From an uncultured Chromatiales bacterium (GTDB lineage: Bacteria; Bacteroidota; Ignavibacteria; SZUA-365; CAYQST01): 64,000 nucleotides of DNA. Below, piece after piece: positions 58,404 through 64,000 of this stretch (the first letter of the stretch is position 1; every line of letters begins with the position of its first letter). The notes under the pieces were generated by a model. That model saw only the letters and a list, made by a program, of their open reading frames with translations, had not been told where the DNA came from and ran no database searches. The stretch lies in the NCBI GenBank assembly GCA_964420295.1, contig CAYQST010000009.1, positions 18,532 to 82,531 on the forward strand. Reading direction: 5' to 3'. A program made the translations under genes and the position numbers.

Positions 58404-59003
58404 ATGACCGACCAACGACCCGATATCCCCGAACCCGAGACCCCGAATCCCGATTCCACGCCCCAGGCCAGCGACGCGGCGCCTATCGAGTCCAAGGACG
58501 AAGGTCAGTCGTCGGACGACGGTCGGACGCCAGACAGCGATCGGACGCTGGCTCGTGAGGTGGAGACCCTGCGGGACCAACTCCTGCGGAAGGTTGCCGA
58601 GTTCGAGAACTATCGGCGTCGCACGCAGGAAGAGCAAAAGCTCCTCGTACAGACGGGCATGGAGATTCTCATGAAGGACCTTCTTCCTGTGCTCGACGAT
58701 CTCGATCGCTCCGTGCAGGCGGCGCGAAACCACGATGACGTGGCGGCCCTGCAACAGGGCATCGAGGCCATCGCCCGCAAACTGCTCACGACGCTCGAGC
58801 AGAGGGGACTGAAGCGAATGGAGGTTGTGGGCACCCCCTTCGATGTCACCTATCACGAGGCCCTCATGCAGATGCCCGCTCCTGATGCGGAGCCCGGTTC
58901 TGTGGTCACCGAGGTGACCCCGGGCTACCTCAGCCATGATCGGGTTCTGCGTCATGCACGCGTGATCGTCGCCGCGGACCCCGACGCCGAGGCGGGTGCA
59001 TGA
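58404..59003 (+). CDS. grpE: nucleotide exchange factor GrpE
   Basis: Acidic N-terminus. The coiled coil contains [20 protein letters not shown]. It ends with a GrpE β-domain. The stop overlaps the dnaJ ATG. Confidence 0.9.
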   Translation: MTDQRPDIPEPETPNPDSTPQASDAAPIESKDEGQSSDDGRTPDSDRTLAREVETLRDQLLRKVAEFENYRRRTQEEQKLLVQTGMEILMKDLLPVLDDLDRSVQAARNHDDVAALQQGIEAIARKLLTTLEQRGLKRMEVVGTPFDVTYHEALMQMPAPDAEPGSVVTEVTPGYLSHDRVLRHARVIVAADPDAEAGA

Positions 59004-60142
59004 AACGCGACTATTACGAGATTCTCGAAGTTCCCCGCACCGCAAGCGAGGACGAGATCAAGAAGGCCTATCGCAAGAAGGCCATGCAGTTCCATCCCGA
59101 CCGTAATCCGGGCGACAAAGACGCCGAAGAAAAATTCAAGGAAGCCGCCGAGGCCTATGAAGTACTCAGTGCTCCCGACAAGCGTCGACGCTACGATCAG
59201 TACGGACATGAAGGCTTGCGAGGTCAGGATTTTTCGGGCTTCACCGATATCAACGACATTTTCAGTCACTTCGGGGACATCTTCGGCTCCGCCTTTGGCG
59301 GGGGCATCTTCGATGAAGTCTTCGGGGGGCGTTCCCGCCAGCGGCGCGGGCCAGGAACCCCAGGCTCGAACCTGAAGGTGCAGATCGAACTCTCGCTCGA
59401 GGACATCGCCGCGGGAGTGGAGAAAACCATCAAGATTCGCAAATACGTGGCCTGCGAAACCTGCCAGGGCAGGGGCGCAAAGAGTGAAAGCGACTTCCAC
59501 ACCTGTCCCGCCTGCCATGGCGCGGGAGAACTCCGGCAGGTGTCCCGCTCCCTGTTTGGACAATTCGTCAATGTCGTGCCCTGCACGAACTGCGGAGGCG
59601 AGGGACGCATCATTCGCGAACAGTGTCCCGACTGCGGCGGAGAGGGACGGGTGCAGGGGGAGGCCACGATCCGCGTCACCATTCCGGCCGGTGTGAACGA
59701 GGGACATTACATTCCGATGCGAGGTGCCGCCAATGCCGGTCGCCGGGGCGGAGAAGCGGGGGACCTGGTAGTGTACATCAAGGAACTACCGCACGAGGAA
59801 TTCGATCGGGTGGACGACGACGTGCATTATCATCTTGTCCTGAACTACGCCGACCTGGTGCTGGGCGCCGAAGTGGAGGTGCCTACGCTCACCGGAACCG
59901 CGCGGCTGAAGGTGCCGGCCGGTACACCATCAGGACAGATTTTGCGCATGCGCGACAAGGGGATTCCTCATGTTCAGCGCAACGGACGCGGAGATCAGCT
60001 CGTGCATGTGCATGTGTACGTGCCGACCAAGGTGTCGGGCAAGGAGAAGGACCTGCTGAAGACCATGAAATCTCTGGAGGGCTTCTCGCCCTCGGAAGAG
60101 GAAAAAGGCGTGATCGATAAGATCCGGGATCTGTTCCGCTAG
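59000..60142 (+). CDS. dnaJ: molecular chaperone DnaJ
   Basis: J domain (DYYEILEV...HPDRN). G/F region. Four CxxCxGxG zinc-finger repeats. Confidence 0.95.
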   Translation: MKRDYYEILEVPRTASEDEIKKAYRKKAMQFHPDRNPGDKDAEEKFKEAAEAYEVLSAPDKRRRYDQYGHEGLRGQDFSGFTDINDIFSHFGDIFGSAFGGGIFDEVFGGRSRQRRGPGTPGSNLKVQIELSLEDIAAGVEKTIKIRKYVACETCQGRGAKSESDFHTCPACHGAGELRQVSRSLFGQFVNVVPCTNCGGEGRIIREQCPDCGGEGRVQGEATIRVTIPAGVNEGHYIPMRGAANAGRRGGEAGDLVVYIKELPHEEFDRVDDDVHYHLVLNYADLVLGAEVEVPTLTGTARLKVPAGTPSGQILRMRDKGIPHVQRNGRGDQLVHVHVYVPTKVSGKEKDLLKTMKSLEGFSPSEEEKGVIDKIRDLFR

Positions 60143-60215
60143 ATTTGCCTTGCGTGCGGATCCGGATCTCCGCACCTTGCTCCTCAACACGTCAACCGTT
60201 TTTGGGGAGCTCGTC

Positions 60216-60692
60216 ATGTGGAAACGCTTGATCCGTTTCGGCCATTCGATTGGATGCACAAAAAATGAAACCCTCGCGATTCTGTTTCTCACGGCCCTGC
60301 TCGGTGCGGGGTGGTCCGTCCGCTGGCTCCGCCAGGCCGGAGACGGCCCCCTGCCGCCTCTGGACGCACGCTATCGCGAAGTGGATTCTCTCTTCGCCGC
60401 CCGCGCCTCTGCTCTCCCTGAGTCTGAACCCGCAGATTCCGGATCTCGAGCGGCCCCGGGCGGACGCCCGGCCCCGGCCCGCAAGGCTCTACCCGCCCGC
60501 TCCATCAACATCAACACCGCAACGGTGGATGAACTCTGCCAGCTCCCGGGCGTGGGCCCGAGCACCGCACGCAAGATCGTCGAACACCGCGCCCGTGTGG
60601 GGCGCTTCCGTCGCGTGGAGGATCTGCTCGATGTGCCGTCCATCGGTCCCGCCAAGCTCGAAAAACTCCGCCCCTGTGTCACGATAAAGTAA
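60216..60692 (+). CDS. ComEA-family helix-hairpin-helix DNA-binding protein
   Basis: GGGGAG SD. N-terminal TM segment. C-terminal ININTATVDELCQLPGVGPSTARKIVEHR...GRFRRVEDL is a tandem HhH region. Confidence 0.8.
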   Translation: MWKRLIRFGHSIGCTKNETLAILFLTALLGAGWSVRWLRQAGDGPLPPLDARYREVDSLFAARASALPESEPADSGSRAAPGGRPAPARKALPARSININTATVDELCQLPGVGPSTARKIVEHRARVGRFRRVEDLLDVPSIGPAKLEKLRPCVTIK

Positions 60693-60696
60693 AGCC

Positions 60697-61626
60697 ATGC
60701 GCGTCCTCTGTCTCAACATCGACGAACAGCAATTCCACCTCGTGGAAGCCGAGCGACGCGGATCCGCCGTTACCGTGCTGCGCGCCTCCTCTCATCGCAG
60801 TCAGCAGAAATGGGGCACCGCTCTTCTTCATGGCCTGCCCTTCGATTACGCCCAGGCGAGGGAGTTCATTCGCGAATGCGCGGCTCTGCTCTATGCCGAA
60901 CCCGTCTTCACCTCCCGCCTTCTTCTGACCCTGCCCCATACCGTGCCGACGGTCTTTACGCTTCCAGTGGACTCCACCTGTACCGCGTTCCCCCCGGAAG
61001 ACCAGGCCCGATGGGCGGGTTCCTTTCTCTTTCCCTCCGTGGGAGATGGTCCCCTGGCCCTGCTCTCCCAACCCCTGACGGGTCGGAACGATCAGGCCCT
61101 CCTGGCCGTGGCTCTCCCCGAGAGCACCATCCGTTTTCTGCACGACGCCTTCCGGCATCTGGAATTCCACATCGAGGGCCTCGAAGCTGACCACTTCATC
61201 ATGCAGCGCCTCGCTCTCGATATCATGCGCGACCTCCATGTCGGCTCGACGGCCATTCTAGGACTCTTCCCTTCCTCGAGCGCCCTCAGCATTCTGCACC
61301 ATGGGCACCTCCACTCCTTCTCTCAGCGGGCCATCACCTATCGAACGAGCTACCTGGTGCAGGTCCTCGAATTCCTGCGTGATGGTCTGGACCAGGCCCA
61401 ACTCTCCCTGCATGGCGTGGCGGTGCATGGCGCGGGAGCCCGCCCCGATCTCGTCGAAGCCCTCGCAAGCCATACCGGGATCCCTGTACGACGCATCAGT
61501 CCTCTCTCTTCGGTATCTCCCCTCGGTCCCGCCATTGGATCCCGCCTCCGCAAGCCCGAAGGACCCTTCGATTCCGCCCTCGGCCACATTCTGGATTATT
61601 ACCGATGCGAATCACCGGAGGCCTGA
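60697..61626 (+). CDS. PilM-like actin-fold (ASKHA) protein
   Basis: The pattern VLCLNIDEQQFHLVEAERRG...LLAVALPESTIRFLHDAFRHLEF...GSTAILGL...VAVHGAGARPDLVEALASHTGIPV parallels the PilM/FtsA-like phosphate-1/2 and adenosine motifs. Assignment is tentative. Confidence 0.45.
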   Translation: MRVLCLNIDEQQFHLVEAERRGSAVTVLRASSHRSQQKWGTALLHGLPFDYAQAREFIRECAALLYAEPVFTSRLLLTLPHTVPTVFTLPVDSTCTAFPPEDQARWAGSFLFPSVGDGPLALLSQPLTGRNDQALLAVALPESTIRFLHDAFRHLEFHIEGLEADHFIMQRLALDIMRDLHVGSTAILGLFPSSSALSILHHGHLHSFSQRAITYRTSYLVQVLEFLRDGLDQAQLSLHGVAVHGAGARPDLVEALASHTGIPVRRISPLSSVSPLGPAIGSRLRKPEGPFDSALGHILDYYRCESPEA

Positions 61627-62162
61627 TGAAGGGTCGCCCACTCCAGGTGCCTCGCGACGCCTCCTTCCGTCCGACGATGGATCGAGTTCGCCAGTCCTTG
61701 TCCAACATCCTCACCCAGCATGTGGATTGGGGCACCCTTCAGGTCTGCGACCTTTTTGCGGGATCAGGAGCATGTGGGCTAGAATTCCTGAGTCGTGGAG
61801 CGCAACATTGCACCTTCGTGGAGCATGCACGCGGGAGTCTCTCTGTTCTGCATCGAAATCTCTCTGCCCTGGGAATGGATTCCCGATCTCGAGTCTATCC
61901 CATGAAAGTGGAACAGTTCCTTTCCACGCAATCTCCCACTCCCTTCGATCTCATCTTCATCGATCCTCCGTATCGGGAGCACGATTCCGCTCCCCTCCTC
62001 GAACTGATTCTCACCCGAGGGTGGATACACCCTCAGGGGCTTCTGGTTTGGGAGCATGCTGCGAAGGATATTCCCAGTGTCCCCCAGCCCTGGATTCCGC
62101 GTGATTCCCGTCGCTACGGAGACACTGGCCTCACTCTCGTCCAACCCGGAGGCACCACATGA
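61605..62162 (+). CDS. rsmD: 16S rRNA (guanine966-N2)-methyltransferase RsmD
   Basis: Begins MRITGGLMKGRPL. Contains DLFAGSGACGLEFLSRGA and IFIDPPY motifs. Confidence 0.85.
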   Translation: MRITGGLMKGRPLQVPRDASFRPTMDRVRQSLSNILTQHVDWGTLQVCDLFAGSGACGLEFLSRGAQHCTFVEHARGSLSVLHRNLSALGMDSRSRVYPMKVEQFLSTQSPTPFDLIFIDPPYREHDSAPLLELILTRGWIHPQGLLVWEHAAKDIPSVPQPWIPRDSRRYGDTGLTLVQPGGTT

Positions 62163-62662
62163 CCAGCGAAGGCCGACTTGCCATCTACGCGGGATCCTTC
62201 GATCCCCTCACACTCGGGCATGTGGACATCATCCAACAGGGATTGGCCCTCTTCGATTCCGTTCTTGTGCTTGTGGCCGTCAATCCCGAGAAGTCTTTCC
62301 TGTTCTCGGTGGAGGAGCGAATGGACCTCATTCGCAAGGCCACTCGGGAGCATCCCACCGTTCGCGTAGCTTCCACGTCGGGCCTGACTGTCGATGTCGC
62401 ACGAGCGATGGGAGCCGTGGCTTTACTCCGTGGGGTCCGGGGTGCGACAGAATTCGAATATGAGCATCACATGGCGATGATGAATCGCCGGCTCGCGCCG
62501 GAACTGTCCACCGTTCTCCTCGTTCCGCACACGGAGCATCTGGCGATCCACTCCTCACTCGTGCGCTCCCTTGCGGCTCTCGGTGCTCCCATCGACACGC
62601 TGGTACCGGACGTCGTGGCAAAGGCCCTGCACGAGCGTTTTTCCTCATCCCGTACTGTCTGA
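62159..62662 (+). CDS. coaD: phosphopantetheine adenylyltransferase
   Basis: Contains IYAGSFDPLTLGHVDII (the HxGH class motif). 167 aa. It overlaps the rsmD stop. Confidence 0.9.
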   Translation: MTSEGRLAIYAGSFDPLTLGHVDIIQQGLALFDSVLVLVAVNPEKSFLFSVEERMDLIRKATREHPTVRVASTSGLTVDVARAMGAVALLRGVRGATEFEYEHHMAMMNRRLAPELSTVLLVPHTEHLAIHSSLVRSLAALGAPIDTLVPDVVAKALHERFSSSRTV

Positions 62663-62714
62663 AACACGACGCGGCATTTCATGACGAACCCTGGTTCCGA
62701 TCGAGAGGTCTCCC

Positions 62715-63044
62715 ATGCCAACCTATGACTATCAATGCACTGAATGCCATCACACCTTCGAAGTCTTTCAATCCATGAGCGCTCCCGTGCTGGTGGACTG
62801 TCCCTCCTGTAAACGTCCGACTCTCAAACGCATGATTAGCGGAGGCGCGGGGCTCGTTTTCAAGGGTTCGGGGTTCTATCTGACCGACTACAAGAAATCG
62901 AACAGCTCTCCCGCTGGGAAGGAGCGCTCGAGCACGAAGGACAGCACTTCATCCACCGGAACATCCGACAGTTCCTCATCCTCCGACACGTCGGGTTCTT
63001 CCACAGCCGCCTCATCTCCCCCTCTCCCAAAAGAAAAGCCCTAA
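62715..63044 (+). CDS. FmdB-family zinc-ribbon protein with Ser/Thr-rich tail
   Basis: Begins MPTYDYQCTECHHTFEV...CPSCK. The C-terminus is low-complexity S/T-rich. Confidence 0.8.
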   Translation: MPTYDYQCTECHHTFEVFQSMSAPVLVDCPSCKRPTLKRMISGGAGLVFKGSGFYLTDYKKSNSSPAGKERSSTKDSTSSTGTSDSSSSSDTSGSSTAASSPPLPKEKP

Positions 63045-64000
63045 CGACAGTTGAGAAGGTCCTCCGCTGCCGCGATCACCTTCTCCGCCTCCAATTCCTT
63101 CATACAATCGAACGTTCGAAGGGGACATTGCTGTCCCCCATGGATCCCGCAGGGACGGCATTCCATCCCCTCCTTTTGTACGATCCGATGCTCCACCCTC
63201 CATGGAGTAAACCCGAATTCCGCGACCGTGGCACCGAATATTTCCACGACCGGGGTGCCCATGGCGGAGGCCAGATGAACGGGAGCACTGTCATTGCTGA
63301 TCACCAGCGACGCCCGTCCCACCAGTTCCGCAGTCTGCAAAAATGTAAGTGCTCCCGCCAGATTCTTCGCTTCCGGCGCGAGCGCCACAATCTGCTCCGC
63401 GAGCTCCACGTCGTCTTTTCCACCGATGATACAGACTCTGGCTCGGGAAGCGAAGTGCTCCGCCACTCGTGCAAATCCTTCCGGAATCCATCGCTTGGTC
63501 GCCCATACCGAGCCGGGCGCCAGCAACACAAGCGGAGCACTCTCTTCCTGCCCACGCAGGAGATGATCTATGATGCTCCGGTCCGCAGGAGAGGGAAAGA
63601 GCCAGGGTCCCTTCAATTCCGGACAAGACAGATTCAGTGCCCGAAGAAGATCCAGATTTCGCTGCACCTCATGCGCATTCCCGGCATACGGGATGCGATG
63701 GGTATAAAGGAAAGCACCCGAGGCTGTGGAAAAACCCACACGGGTGCCTGCTCCCGACAGAAGTGCAAGGAGGGCTGATCTCAGAGAACGATGAGGCGAA
63801 ATACAAAGATCGTAGGAGCCATGCTCCCGGAGAGAACGCGCAAAACGGATGATGCTCCGGTTTCTTCCTCGCTTCTCGTATGGCAGGACTGCTGATAGAA
63901 AGGGGTGCTTCTCGAGGAGGGGGGCGGTACCTGGGATGCACACCAGATCCAGGTTTGCCTGCGGGAAAAGACGAGACACCGCCTGGACCAGGGGCAGAGT
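63041..64000 (-). CDS. glycosyltransferase family 9 (ADP-heptose:LPS heptosyltransferase-like), probably 5'-truncated by the window end
   Basis: The GT9 C-terminal region contains GSVWATKRW, IISNDSAPVHLASAMGTPVV and FGPT..WRV. The length suggests the N-terminus lies beyond position 64000. Confidence 0.7.
   Translation of the reverse strand, partial: TLPLVQAVSRLFPQANLDLVCIPGTAPLLEKHPFLSAVLPYEKRGRNRSIIRFARSLREHGSYDLCISPHRSLRSALLALLSGAGTRVGFSTASGAFLYTHRIPYAGNAHEVQRNLDLLRALNLSCPELKGPWLFPSPADRSIIDHLLRGQEESAPLVLLAPGSVWATKRWIPEGFARVAEHFASRARVCIIGGKDDVELAEQIVALAPEAKNLAGALTFLQTAELVGRASLVISNDSAPVHLASAMGTPVVEIFGATVAEFGFTPWRVEHRIVQKEGMECRPCGIHGGQQCPLRTFDCMKELEAEKVIAAAEDLLNCR

Overview
This is a GC-rich (about 60-65%) bacterial chromosomal segment. 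It most likely comes from the Bacteroidota/Rhodothermota/Chlorobi (FCB) lineage. Support: two large secreted proteins end in T9SS C-terminal sorting domains, and a TPP riboswitch controls a TonB-dependent receptor plus thiamine pyrophosphokinase operon, as in Bacteroidetes. The content is mostly housekeeping. Minus-strand genes include a CaCA exchanger (partial), a DUF1611 gene ATGA-coupled to purA, a STAS protein, and secDF. There is an M1 aminopeptidase fused to HEAT repeats and a vWA/PKD T9SS cargo protein. A TPM-TPM-histidine kinase-response regulator operon sits upstream of GTGACA direct repeats and a protein with tandem GH2-N-like sugar-binding domains. groESL carries a textbook CIRCE next to its sigma70-like promoter. 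The window also holds sbcDC, an MgtC/DUF4010 protein, a 1200-aa TPR protein, an M16 peptidase and a P-domain T9SS cargo protein. Further along are lpxH-like, PBP1A, a proline dehydrogenase plus orphan BtuF-like binding protein pair, a low-GC hypothetical gene, and a six-gene polysaccharide locus (3 GT4, CgeB-like, Wzx flippase, YfhO). The right end has lon, NUDIX, a stand-alone receiver-like protein, a second CIRCE with hrcA-grpE-dnaJ, comEA plus a PilM-like actin-fold protein, rsmD-coaD, an FmdB zinc ribbon protein and a partial GT9 heptosyltransferase. No CRISPR array, IS element, rRNA or tRNA was seen. The many long antisense ORFs in the track are GC artifacts. All calls come from reading the translations and nucleotide motifs. 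No database searches were run.
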